DNA of 62,776 nt, counting the filler, from Stramenopiles sp. TOSAG23-3 (lineage: Eukaryota), in the NCBI GenBank assembly GCA_900128585.1. It is 8 parts of 8 records of this genome, joined end to end, with 100 filler letters (N's around TTAATTAATTAA, not from the genome) between each part and the next. Parts side by side here need not be neighbours in the genome. Positions count along the whole stretch, not along the records: positions 39,713 to 49,525 come from LT642878.1; positions 49,626 to 59,438 come from LT642879.1; 6 more parts are not named here. One strand, given 5' to 3'. The notes under the pieces were generated by a model. The model searched no databases, was not told where the DNA came from, and saw nothing but the letters and a program-made list of their open reading frames with translations. This document shows positions 41,060 to 51,932 of this stretch, piece after piece. Every line of letters starts with the position of its first letter. The stretch's first letter is position 1. The position numbers and the translations under genes were made by a program.

Positions 41060-41629
41060 GGGGAGAAGCGAGAAGACTAATAACAACAGCGGTGTAATTT
41101 TTCTTTCTTTTACTACACACACACAGTACCACTGTATTTTAATAATATTTTTATTATTATTACTCCCGTACCGGTACCGGTACTGATAGTCGTCTATAAT
41201 TTAGTACGGTATATTTAGTGGAAGTTTTGATTTTATTTTTTAATACTACGTTCCTCGTACTAGACCACAACAGGTAGGAAGTACGAGGACGTCCTCTTCG
41301 TACCAGTATATTATTATATTCTTCTTGGGGGGTACAGGTACCAGGTATTAATATTAATACCGCACCTGTACCGGTATTATTATATATTACGCGTACCGCG
41401 GTAGTAGTAGTATAATAATAATACTGCATATTATTATTATTTATTTTAATAAAAAACGATGAAAATTTAAATTTAATTGGTCTGTCTGTCTGTCAAATCC
41501 AATTGTAATTAAACATTGGGTAATTATTAAAAAACACCCAACATTTTACGCACGGATGTTCACTGTGGCAAATTCGGTGTAAAAAAAAACTACCTTAGCG
41601 ACATTGGGTGAGCGGTCAAAGCGGTCAGA

Positions 41630-43261
41630 ATGGTAAGGACACGCCGTGGCAAAACCAGCGGTGCGGGACCAACTGGTACCGCGGGGGGAGAGGGGGGCAA
41701 GCGAGGGTCAAAGACGACGAGAGCTGTCCGGTCTCGTTTCCCAGCAGGGCGAAAGTCAAAAAACCTGCCACTTCCCCCGGCACTGCTGTCCAGTGATGAA
41801 GATGAGGAGGGGTATGCTGGTGCTACGACAATGACACCATCTAGCCAACCGTCGAGCCTCGTGGAGGGCGTGGGGGACGAGCTTGCGGAAGCAATGCTAG
41901 GGGATGCAGACACGAGCTTGAGCGACTCTGGGGATCGTGGTACTGACGGCGCGTCATCCAGTTCTGCCAACGGGGGGAAACGCAAGAAGAGACAGGCGGA
42001 TCCAATGGCGGAAAGTTTGGAGCGCGGAGGGACGGCATACTTCCACGCGCATAACAAACGCACCCGGTCTACGGTGACGTCGGACCAAACCATGGAGTCT
42101 TTGAACTTGCCAGGCGACGCCGAGGCACGAGACATCTATTCCCAGTTGCCAGTGAGAAATTTAGAAGACAAAGCAGTGCTGTTCAGATATTACTACTCCC
42201 AGTTTCCGCGCTGGCGACTCTGGCTAAGGCATGGCTTCAACATGATGTTCTTCGGTTTCGGATCGAAGAAGGGTCTCCTAGAGTCGTTTGTTGACTTTTT
42301 GGATGATGGGACGCCGGATGGAGCAGGCGAAGTTGTGGTCGTGAACGGATTTTCCCCCCATTTATCGGTGAAAGAAATTTTGAACGCGTTAGCAAAGCAC
42401 GTCGCGAAAATGCCAATGAACTCGGTCGCATTCAACACGGACATGGACCGCGCCCGTGCGATCGCGAAAATCGTCAACGCTCCATTCCCAGCCGCATTCG
42501 GTAGCCGTGGAGACTTCTCCACGAAGGCGGGGTCGTCCTCCGGGTCGCTCGCCCGGGCGAGTGGGGTGGGGTCAACAGCAAAAAGCGGGATCAGCGCAGG
42601 AACGTCTGGTGGGGATGGTAATGGGGGGGATGGTGTGGTGAGTCGGAGACAGCGCCGGGTCCTTGGCAACCAAGCAAGCACTGCTGCGGGCGATAGGCGT
42701 CCGTGCCGACGGTTGTACCTGGTTATCCACAATTTAGACGGGCCGTCCCTCCGATCCCCCAAAACACAAGAAATACTGAGTTTCTTGGCCGAAGGGCGCG
42801 GGATTCACATTATTGCATCCATCGACCACTTGAATGCCAGTTTCCTATGGGATCAGCGCCTTTTGCAACGATTTAACTGGTTGTGGAACGATACCACTAC
42901 GTACCTTCCATACGACAAAGAGTCCGAGTATGAAGAGGCAATCGTTGGTGGGGCGGGGGCGAATGCCGCCCGGGGCGCAGCGTTTGTTCTGAAAAGTCTT
43001 ACGCCGAACCATAGAGATATACTACGTTTGCTTGCACAGTTTCAACTAGACGAACCAACAAAGAAGGGGCTGGACTTTCACGAATTTTATACCCGTTGTA
43101 GGAACGAAATGTTGGTCAATAGTGACCAGACCTTGAGGCATCATTTGACGGAGTTTATGGACCACGCGTTGGTGAGCACTACACGGGGGGCCGATGGGAA
43201 AGAGTATTTTTTCGTCAGTTTGAAAGAAGACGTGATTCGAAATGTTATTTTGCCAAAATAA
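41630..43261 (+). CDS. ORC2: Origin recognition complex subunit 2
   Basis: FPRW..WL..GFN...GFGSKK.LL..F, VVVNGF.P, LVIHNLDG..LR, IIASIDHLNA and LRHHLTEFMDH. Confidence 0.95.
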   Translation: MVRTRRGKTSGAGPTGTAGGEGGKRGSKTTRAVRSRFPAGRKSKNLPLPPALLSSDEDEEGYAGATTMTPSSQPSSLVEGVGDELAEAMLGDADTSLSDSGDRGTDGASSSSANGGKRKKRQADPMAESLERGGTAYFHAHNKRTRSTVTSDQTMESLNLPGDAEARDIYSQLPVRNLEDKAVLFRYYYSQFPRWRLWLRHGFNMMFFGFGSKKGLLESFVDFLDDGTPDGAGEVVVVNGFSPHLSVKEILNALAKHVAKMPMNSVAFNTDMDRARAIAKIVNAPFPAAFGSRGDFSTKAGSSSGSLARASGVGSTAKSGISAGTSGGDGNGGDGVVSRRQRRVLGNQASTAAGDRRPCRRLYLVIHNLDGPSLRSPKTQEILSFLAEGRGIHIIASIDHLNASFLWDQRLLQRFNWLWNDTTTYLPYDKESEYEEAIVGGAGANAARGAAFVLKSLTPNHRDILRLLAQFQLDEPTKKGLDFHEFYTRCRNEMLVNSDQTLRHHLTEFMDHALVSTTRGADGKEYFFVSLKEDVIRNVILPK

Positions 43262-43300
43262 AATAGTAAAGTAAAGAGTAATAGTTAAGATCTAAGTACT

Positions 43301-44200
43301 TTAAACACAAATTGCTGTTATTTAGGCCCAAACTAAAATTAATGAAAAACGATACATATGTGCTGTTTACAATTGCATTTAAAAAAAAATATCTTGCGCG
43401 TGAACTCTTATTACGGTAAAATATACTGGTAGTAACTCTGTTCATTTGGAATATAACTACAGTTCTTGACCGCACTTCCTAGACTCCTAGGCGTAGTCTA
43501 GGAAGTGCGGTCAAGAACTGTAATTCCTTAGTGATTGACAACTAACGAAATTAAAAAATCCATTTTAAAGCCTATACTATAATATATAATTTGTTTTTTT
43601 AAATATGAAATGAGAGTCTTAATAAAGCATACTGCTATATAATTTTTTTTTTACAAATTTCGTAAGACTAATAAGAGTTCTTACGGATGTGTCAATCGTC
43701 GTCTATCATACTTACATATTTTAACCAAATTATAGTATGCTTCAAGACTCTCAACTCTGGCTCATTCCTTGTGTGATCTTCAAAGCAGCGGCGTAATTGT
43801 TTAATTTGATTTTTTAATTTCGTTTCGTTGGTCGTCAATCACTGAGAGGAATTATTTATATTCCAATGAGAAGAATTACTACCGAGAGTGATAAAATTTC
43901 TTTTCTTGTTAAAGGTGATCTGTACTCAACAAACCGACCCAATTTCCAGTCAAAGCCCCTGATAATTTCATCCACCGTTGGAGACTCATGTGAGTAGATC
44001 ACTTCTTCGCCGAACTCATCATATTTAGTTTCAACTCAAGAAAATTGGCTGTTATTTAAGTAATTAAAATTAATTTACTGCGAACTGAAAACTGAAATCT
44101 AGAATGGACTCCATGAACGATCCAAATCGGTAGCTGGATTAGCAATGCTGTCAAATGAACCGTAATCAACTTCCTCATCCGATATCTCACTCGTAGGTGA
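43301..44200. repeat. Composite cluster of dispersed-repeat fragments, including an inverted duplication and coding remnants
   Basis: Core copies at 43301 and 44037. 43427-43570 is an inverted copy of 43800-43885. 43909-44020 matches 61570-61680, and 44108-44192 matches 49108-49193. Confidence 0.8.
43460..43520. mobile_element. 61-bp Tc1/mariner-type mini-MITE with TA target duplication
   Basis: TA + CAGTTCTTGACCGCACTTCCTAGACT + 9-nt loop + perfect reverse complement + TA. Absent from the paralogous repeat copy near 43850. Confidence 0.75.
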
Positions 44201-44578
44201 CTCAATCCTTGTACGCTTTCCCAAGCAGCGGCGTAATAGTTTTAAAGGTGCTCGTTGTCTGTCATTATTTAGTTTATGATTCGCAGTTTATTTTACATTT
44301 CTTTCGATATTGTGACGATGAAATACGGACATTACGCAAATATTTTAGGGATGTCAGAATCGTACTTGAGGGCGTAATAATAGCGTCTTACATGTACTCG
44401 TAATTACTTAGATTTCTAATGTGTGTAATTTGTAAACCCGAAAAAAAAAAAGAGTTGGTGCACCGAAAAAATTAGCACATGCAAAATGAAAATGCGATTC
44501 TAAAAAAAATGAGGAGAATGTTGTTGAACTTCATCAAGTAAACTTTAATCTTGAACCTTCAACAACTCCCAGACCGTT

Positions 44579-45196
44579 TCAGTAGTCTTCAAGGTCCATG
44601 CCCCAACCGTTAGTACGAAGCTGCCGCTCGGTATTAAATTTACCCGATGCACCGAGGTCTGTTTTTTCCCCATTTTCCCCAACTCCTAAACGCTCCATCT
44701 GCTCCTTTGTGTACACCCAAGCTGTCCAAGTCCCCATGTTCTTGGAACCGTGGGGCATTTCTATATCTTCTCGTAGCCATATCGGGCGGTGGTCCGTTCT
44801 GCCTAATAGCGTGAGCCGACGATAATTTTCCAACGAAGAATATCGCTGGCCGTCAAAAAGCCGTCGTTCGCCGTCCAGGTGGTCAAACTCATCTTCTTCG
44901 GGATTTGAATTTTCCCCGTTTTCGTCAACTCCTAAACGCTCCATCTGCTCTTTCGTGTACACCCACGCTGTCCAAGTCCCCATGTTTTTGGTCCCGCGAG
45001 GCTTTTCAATTTCCCCACGCAGCCATTTCGGACGAAGGTCTTTTCCACCAATTAGATTCAAACGACGATACCCTCTCAAGTTCCTTACGCCAAAGGTGTA
45101 TTCCTCAAAGTCTTCATCCCCGCCAACAGAAAACCCAGTGGTGCATATACAAAGTCCACCAACGAAGACGGCAGCTATCGATAGCGCACGACTCAT
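44579..45196 (-). CDS. Secreted protein with two tandem ~55-aa repeats
   Basis: Signal peptide, then two RRLxLxGxxDxRPxWLRxxIExPxGxKNMGTWTAWVYTKEQMERLGVxENGE units. Confidence 0.8.
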   Translation of the reverse strand: MSRALSIAAVFVGGLCICTTGFSVGGDEDFEEYTFGVRNLRGYRRLNLIGGKDLRPKWLRGEIEKPRGTKNMGTWTAWVYTKEQMERLGVDENGENSNPEEDEFDHLDGERRLFDGQRYSSLENYRRLTLLGRTDHRPIWLREDIEMPHGSKNMGTWTAWVYTKEQMERLGVGENGEKTDLGASGKFNTERQLRTNGWGMDLEDY

Positions 45197-46001
45197 TAAA
45201 AAGTAAAGTTCTTAGTTTGCAACGGACGAAAATTACAACAAGTGCTGAAACGTAAAAAATGTCGATTGAACAGAGCCGTTCACGCTTCAATCAACTTTCT
45301 AAAGTGGCGGGTAACATGCAACAGTTTCTAAGAGGCGAAACAGTCGTGATATACGCGACGTCCGAACGTTGCTAATACTTTTTTGCCGCTTGTACTTTGT
45401 ACTAGCAAACTACGAGTACTGCACTACCTGCATTTTGTTGTTGTGGTGCGTGTATTTTTGTGTTTTATTTTGATGGTGATGTTGTGACGTTGTCTTAATT
45501 ACGTAGTCCTATGAACTTCTTCAAATGAAACAAAATGCTGGCAGAAGAAAAAAAATGTGCTGAAATCATTCATCATCTCACTGTTAAGTTAAAATTAGGG
45601 TATAATTTAAATTATTGGACCAATAATTCCTTAAATAAATAAATATATTTTCTTGTTTTTGTTCTTCTTCCTTCCTCCTTCCTCTCTCGCTCTCTCGTCG
45701 ACGACCTCGTATGTGGATAGGGATAGACCCGAATGAACAACAAAACTCCGGTGTTTGTTCTAAGAACAACAACGTTTTCTCCAGAGATTGCTTTTACCAC
45801 CATTGGTATATCATTCCTTGGTATTCAGTATACTGTATTTACCTAATACGGCGCGGTATTATTTACCAACAAGAAACGAAAAAAACAGTATACAAGTGCT
45901 TGAACTAAACATAGTGGTAGGAAGTAAAATCTTTCACACGACGGAGACAGTCGGACGACGAACCATTACTTCAGTGAAGTGTAGCAAGCATTTCAATCGA
46001 T

Positions 46002-47249
46002 ATGATGCGTACAATCAAAGGTTTGGTGTTAGGTTTGGTGTTAACTTTGTGCATTAGTTGTTTCTCGGCAGCTTCCCATGTTCGCAGGGAAATTCGTAGC
46101 CTTTCGGAAACGGAACGGCTTCGTGTTTTCGATGCCATGATCGTCATGAAAAAAACAAGCACGGGTGTTGGAAAGCGGCAGTATGGTAGTGATTTTATTA
46201 ACTACGACGATCTAGTGCTAAAGCATTTTGACGCGTCCGCGACGAAACCGTGTGACCAAGCACATCTAGGTGCAGCCTTTCTTGTGTATCACCGGGCGTT
46301 TTGCCTGATGTTTGAGAATTCTTTGGTAGCGATAGATTCTCGAATTCAGGGTCTACCGTACTGGGACTATAACATGGATTCGCAGCGGGGAGCGGATCCA
46401 AGGCAGTCTGTAGTATGGAGCGATACTTGGTTTGGCAGTAGTTCAGGGGACCAGTCCCAGGGCAACGCTGTCCTAGATGGGCATTTCACACGGAATGGTT
46501 GGCGAATTAAACAAAACGTAGCAAAGACACACGGTCTCTCCAACCCCTTCGACATGTTGCGCGCGCCTTTTAACAACAACCCATCGCCATACGTTACCCG
46601 CCACGATAAAGCCTGCAAAACAGTTACAAAAATAAACCTGAAGGCTTGGGAACTGTGCCTGAAGCCTCCGAATTTTCTCACGTACTACGCTTGCATCGAT
46701 CCAACCATTCACACCATGGCGCACAGTTGGCTCGGTGGCATTTGGAATACACGAATTAGTTTGCCACGACCAGTGTGTTTTGTGACGTACGCAGTTGGGG
46801 TAGAAAAGAATTGGAAAAATGACTGCATTGTTTGCCCCACCAACTGCACCTCCCCAGCGGAAGCATGTGAGTGCACCGTGTCAGACGAGTTTCGATGCCG
46901 GCTCGATAGGGCCATACTTCCCATACCAACGTACGGCGACTTTGCAGACGTTTGGACGTCCCCGAACGACCCTATTTTTTTTTTCCACCATGCCAACGTT
47001 GATAGGCATTTTATGACATGGCAAGCGCTCAAAAAGGCCGAGCCAGCGAACGAATTTGGGGGGTACCCACGGGCAAGCCTACCTTGCAAAGGCCATGGAC
47101 TGGACGACGTGATCGCTTCGGAGAACCCCTTTATGAGTGGACTTTTGCGACAGAATGACAATGCTGGGAAAGAATTTCCATTGACAATTTTTGACGTCTT
47201 GAATGCCACGACTGGTGCCAATCGCAAACAGTTTTATAGTTACGTTTAG
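46002..47249 (+). CDS. Secreted tyrosinase (type-3 copper oxidase)
   Basis: VRREIRSLS..ER, CuA H...AH....FL.YHR, LPYWD and CuB H..AH...SPNDPIFFFHHANVDR. Confidence 0.92.
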   Translation: MMRTIKGLVLGLVLTLCISCFSAASHVRREIRSLSETERLRVFDAMIVMKKTSTGVGKRQYGSDFINYDDLVLKHFDASATKPCDQAHLGAAFLVYHRAFCLMFENSLVAIDSRIQGLPYWDYNMDSQRGADPRQSVVWSDTWFGSSSGDQSQGNAVLDGHFTRNGWRIKQNVAKTHGLSNPFDMLRAPFNNNPSPYVTRHDKACKTVTKINLKAWELCLKPPNFLTYYACIDPTIHTMAHSWLGGIWNTRISLPRPVCFVTYAVGVEKNWKNDCIVCPTNCTSPAEACECTVSDEFRCRLDRAILPIPTYGDFADVWTSPNDPIFFFHHANVDRHFMTWQALKKAEPANEFGGYPRASLPCKGHGLDDVIASENPFMSGLLRQNDNAGKEFPLTIFDVLNATTGANRKQFYSYV

Positions 47250-47989
47250 TGGAAAAAAACAAGAGTTACGTTGCCAGGAAGGATGAATTGGAGACTTCAG
47301 TAGTCATATAACTTTAGATACTTGTAAATCACAGCCTCTATAATATTTTGGTTGTTTATTTCCATTTAGTGTAGAAAGAAGACGACTACACACGTAAAAA
47401 AACAACATTTAGTAGACGACTAATAAAACCCACCCCCCTCTTTTCAACCCATCAAACCCGTACGGTATTTTATACCAGGCGAACAGCAGGAAGGAATGAA
47501 GAAGAAGGCACACAGACTGTGTTTTATTATTCGAAGTACCGGAGTACCGGTATGTTTAGGTATTGTCCATTACGAATTACGAGATTACGAGGTGGAATTA
47601 GGACTTCCTCTTCTTCTTCTTCTTTGTTCTTTTTTTTTTGTTTTTTTTATTATTAGACTACTGTAATATAATAAATAATTTTTATATAGTGCTAATAATA
47701 TATTATAGTGTCACTATTATTAATACCTTGGTACAACAGAAACAACACCCGCCCACAAAAAAAAACTCCAAATTATATAATACTAGTCGTCTTCTAATAA
47801 CTATATTATTATTAATTATAAGGAAGTGGTATAACTGTGATTGAAGAAAAGAACAATAGCTCATGTGTCGGGAATAAATTCATGCTGAATTGATCGACGA
47901 ACTAACGAAACTGTTTTGTACCGTGAAGTTTGTGCCCCTCACGCACAAAGTATCCTTGGTTTTAGTTTAGCACAGAGGTACGTGTATAG

Positions 47990-48406
47990 ATGAGAGTAGC
48001 AAACCTGGGCCTCTATGGCCTGATTAGTTCAGCAGTAATTTTGATTCCCTGTGCCCTAGGTGATTCGCCCATGGGGTACGGTCGTGTTTTAGATTCGGGA
48101 GATTCTCGTACTCTACCAGCAGTACCCAAAGCGTCGCTACCCGAAGTGCCCAGTTCGGCCGATTCCTATGAAAAACGAATGCAGCAGAGTGGCCCCCCGC
48201 CTCTCCCAGACGATTTGAAAACCTCCTCGAGTGAAGCGAGTCCGAATTTTATGAAGGACGAGGCAGCATGGGAAAAACATGTGGAGAAACGCGAAGTCGG
48301 AAAGGGTAACGTTCCCAACCCAAATTTGAAAGGGTGGCTAGTGCATCCAAAGAAGGACGCCTGGTTTGGCACTCGGTGGATGCGGAGTAGACTAAACAGA
48401 TTGTAG
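47990..48406 (+). CDS. Small secreted hypothetical protein
   Basis: Signal-peptide-like N-terminus and coding composition. Confidence 0.65.
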   Translation: MRVANLGLYGLISSAVILIPCALGDSPMGYGRVLDSGDSRTLPAVPKASLPEVPSSADSYEKRMQQSGPPPLPDDLKTSSSEASPNFMKDEAAWEKHVEKREVGKGNVPNPNLKGWLVHPKKDAWFGTRWMRSRLNRL

Positions 48407-48589
48407 AAAGGGAAAAAAAATAAGAAAGGAAGGTAGGTAGGTATCGATATTTTTAAAGAATTATTAAGAGAGTGTAAGAGGAGTTCGTAATAAAATTAAG
48501 ATTTTCTTAGTTTAAAAAGAAGCTCTTCCGTACAACAACCGCTTATTTAAAAAACAATAATCCATAATGCATTAAAATAATATATTACG

Positions 48590-49525
48590 CGCGTTTTAAT
48601 TTATAGAAAAAGTGAAAATTAAGTGAACAGCACTTTTGTCCATTACAGGTTTACGTTCCTTCATGTACTGCGAACTTATCTCTGTTCCTGTGATTTTACT
48701 AATCAATATACCCTTGTCACTTAGTCTTGACTATCTAATGGATAAAAAAACCTAAAATTCAGTTTATCTAAAAACCAATTTACACTTTACACTTAAAAAC
48801 AAAAAATTGGCTGTTATTTAAAAGCAATTAAAATTTATCGTCTTTTCATGTACTGCGAAAATGAATCTGCTCCTTTTGTCCATTAAATAAAGGTTTACGT
48901 TCCTTCATGTACTGCGAACTTAGCTCTGCTCTTGTGGCTTTACTAAAAACAAATTATACATAGTATGTTTTAATAAGTCAAAAAAGAAAAGAAAAAAGAA
49001 GGTAAAACCGTTCAAGAACCCAAACTCTCCCTTGTAATAAATATAATTTGTTTTTTTTACTAATAAATATACCCTTGTCACTTAGTCTTGACTATCATTC
49101 CCATGTGTACTCCATGCATGATCCGAATCGGTAGGTGGATTTGCGTCGATGGCAAATGACCCGTAGGCAACTTCCTCATTTGATTGTCTCACTAAATTTT
49201 TAAACCCAGCCATTATTTAAAAAAAAATAATTTGCTGTTATCTACAATGTATAGGTAATTTAAAATTTATCTTCTTCATGTACCGCGAATAACTGTAAAC
49301 CTGCTTTTCTGCCCAGTGAAGTTTTGCTTCTCCTTCATGTACTGCGAATTTATCTCTGCTCCTGTGATTTTCTTTATCAACAAAGCCATTATTTTGTTTT
49401 AAATTTTTTAGATATAAACTTAAAACAAGAAAATTGGCTGTTATTTAAGTAATTAAAATGAATGTACTGCGAAGTGAACTCTAAATTGCGAACTTATCTT
49501 TGCTCTTGTGGTTTTACTAATCGAT
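48590..49525 (+). repeat. Tandem cluster of degenerate dispersed-repeat copies
   Basis: CATGTACYGCGAA recurs at least six times. Core motif at 48793 and 49420; GTTCAAGAACCCAAAC module at ~49010. Confidence 0.88.
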
Positions 49526-49625
49526 NNNNNNNNNNNNNNNNNNNNNNNNNNNNNNNNNNNNNNNNNNNNTTAATTAATTAANNNNNNNNNNNNNNNNNNN
49601 NNNNNNNNNNNNNNNNNNNNNNNNN
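49526..49625. other. Artificial contig linker
   Basis: N44-TTAATTAATTAA-N44. Confidence 0.99.
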
Positions 49626-49642
49626 CTGCACAGTACCAGTTA

Positions 49643-51487
49643 ATGAATGAAAAATACGAGGTAAAAGCGAGGGCCATGGAGATGGAGACCAATTTCAACA
49701 ATAAGTGTGCCACTATGCAGGAGAACATTCAGCAGAAGGAGCAGGCCTTTGCATCGGAAAAGCAACAAATTATCGATGCTTACGAGGAAAAAGCAATAAA
49801 GGCAAAAAAAGAAATGGAAAGCGAAATTTCTGTTTTGAAAGAAATGCTAGATTCAAATGCAGCTATTGCATCCTTCGCTCTGGAACAGAAATTAACAGAT
49901 GTGGAGTGTACCCTGAAAGCAAAATTTGAGTCGGAGAAGGAGGAGCTGGTATCGCTGTTTGCATTAGAAAAAGTAGTATTTGCCACAGAGCAAGTTGAAA
50001 AATGCAAAGCTGAGAACAAGTGCAGTATTGACACGATTGCATCCACATTTGAGGAAGAAAAAATGAAGATGTTAGACGATGCCTTCAAAAAGGTACATGA
50101 AAAAGAAGTTGAAATGAAACAAAAAATGGAGGAGCTGGAAAAATCCTTTCAAACAGAAAAGTCGAGCATTCAAGCGGAGAACAAGCAACGTGTCGAAAAT
50201 GAGACAAGCACTTTGCAAAAGCAATTGAAGGAAGTATCCGACAAATTGAAAAGTGCAAAAGAAGAGGCATCATCAGAACGTGAGAAGGTAACGTTGCTTC
50301 ACGAGGAGGAGATCACAAACTTAAAGCACGCGCACCATGCACAGCTGATCGAAAGCCAAGAGAGTGCCAAACATGCAAATAAAGACACTGTTGCTGAAAT
50401 AGCAGCGTTAAAGGCAACACACGAATCTAAAATGCTACAGCAGAAAAACAAGTTTGAAGCCGAAATGCAAATTATGGCTCAGTGCAATGAAGAAGACGCA
50501 GAGTATATTGTCACTTTACAGCAAGAAATTGCATCAAAAAATCAAGAAATTTCCGAATCAAAAACGGCCGAAGCTGAATATATGACACTTGCAACTGGAT
50601 TCGAAGTTGAAGCGAGGAACAATCAGGTTAAGTGTGGGGAACTAGAAGGCGGCATAGTTTTGAAAGAGAAGGAAATAAGTTCATTAAAGATTGAGATTGC
50701 TGAAAAGATCTCAGAAGTATCCAACCTGGAAAGCGCAGTTGAGTCTTTGAAAACAAATGAACAGGAAAACAAAGAATCTGCGGAAAAGGAGCGGTCGACT
50801 CTCACGAAGAAAATTGAAGAGCTTCAAAGCGCCATCATTACAGAAACGGAAGCATCCAAAGCCAAAAAAAAATTGGTCACAAGTCTGAGAAAGAAAATTG
50901 GTGAAATCAATGAAACGTGTAAGACCATGGGGGCAGAAAACGAACAATTAAAAACTAAATTGGTAGAAGATCAAGAGCAGCAAGAGAAGTTCAGAGAGAA
51001 GTTTAAGGAGCACTGCGTTGCCCAACTGGATCGTGCCAAACAGACATATGAAAAGCTAAAAATTAAAACCACTGTGCTTGTAGAGGAGATAAAGCAAGCG
51101 CGCGCATCAATGGAAGAAAAAGACAATGCGCTGAAAGGAGCCGTTGCAGACCACGAACAAAAATTGTCCGAAATGGCTGCCGAGATGAACAGAATTATAG
51201 AAGAAGACAAAAATCTTAAAGCTAACTTGTTTGAAAAGGGCGAAAAAATCACAGAGCTAATGGAAACAAACGCGAAACTCAAAACGCTTTGTAGCGAAAT
51301 GATGGTAGACTTGGACAAAGCAAAGCAAGAATCGGACGAAGCAATTCAACAATTGGGCGAAGCAAAGCAAGAATTGGACGAAGCAAAGAAAGAATTGGAC
51401 GAAGCAAAAAATTCAGACGAAGAATTGGACAAAGCAAAAAAGTCAGACGAAGAATTGGACGAAGCAAAAAAGTCAGACGAAGAATGA
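49643..51487 (+). CDS. Long coiled-coil protein, possibly TACC-like C-terminus (probably 5'-truncated)
   Basis: E/K-rich heptads. KEHCVAQLDRA and LKTLCSEMMVDL resemble the end of a TACC domain. Confidence 0.75.
   Translation: MNEKYEVKARAMEMETNFNNKCATMQENIQQKEQAFASEKQQIIDAYEEKAIKAKKEMESEISVLKEMLDSNAAIASFALEQKLTDVECTLKAKFESEKEELVSLFALEKVVFATEQVEKCKAENKCSIDTIASTFEEEKMKMLDDAFKKVHEKEVEMKQKMEELEKSFQTEKSSIQAENKQRVENETSTLQKQLKEVSDKLKSAKEEASSEREKVTLLHEEEITNLKHAHHAQLIESQESAKHANKDTVAEIAALKATHESKMLQQKNKFEAEMQIMAQCNEEDAEYIVTLQQEIASKNQEISESKTAEAEYMTLATGFEVEARNNQVKCGELEGGIVLKEKEISSLKIEIAEKISEVSNLESAVESLKTNEQENKESAEKERSTLTKKIEELQSAIITETEASKAKKKLVTSLRKKIGEINETCKTMGAENEQLKTKLVEDQEQQEKFREKFKEHCVAQLDRAKQTYEKLKIKTTVLVEEIKQARASMEEKDNALKGAVADHEQKLSEMAAEMNRIIEEDKNLKANLFEKGEKITELMETNAKLKTLCSEMMVDLDKAKQESDEAIQQLGEAKQELDEAKKELDEAKNSDEELDKAKKSDEELDEAKKSDEE
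51309..51484 (+). repeat. Coding tandem repeats of 21 bp (ELDEAKQ) and 30 bp (SDEELDxAKK)
   Basis: GAATTGGACGAAGCAAA units run up to the stop codon. Confidence 0.88.
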
Positions 51488-51728
51488 AAATGAAAGCGCA
51501 TACTCGCGTCAAATGTTCGTGGGGCTCTAAAAATTGTTTATATTCGTTTTAATGTAAGTAGAGATACACACCAAAAAAGAAAATAGTGTGTGCCTCTGTT
51601 ATTTAGACCACCTTCTTAATTTTTATATAAATTAAAAAAACATTATATATGAGTAACATACTATATATCATTATGATAGGCCTAGTTAGTTTGAATGATG
51701 AATACCAGAAGTCTTATTCTGGAACAAG

Positions 51729-51882
51729 GAGGAGTTTGGGTTCTTGAACGGTTTTACCTTCTTTTTGTGTCATACTATATAATTAGTGTTTTTTAATTTG
51801 TGTTCATTAGTTTTTTTATATGAGAGTATGCTGCTTTAAGACAATCTTAAATAAGAATTAACAGCCAATTTTCTTGTTTTTA
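51729..51882 (-). repeat. Dispersed element modules
   Basis: GAGTTTGGGTTCTTGAACGGTTTTACCTTC is the reverse complement of ~48998-49027. Core motif at 51859-51882. Confidence 0.85.
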
Positions 51883-51932
51883 GAATTAACAATTAAGTAC
51901 ATACGAATTAAGTACAAAATAATTACTCTCTC

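Noticed and set aside
48590-49525. CRISPR-like array
   Set aside because: Repeats are degenerate and irregularly spaced, the intervening DNA is itself repeated, the context is eukaryotic and there are no cas genes.
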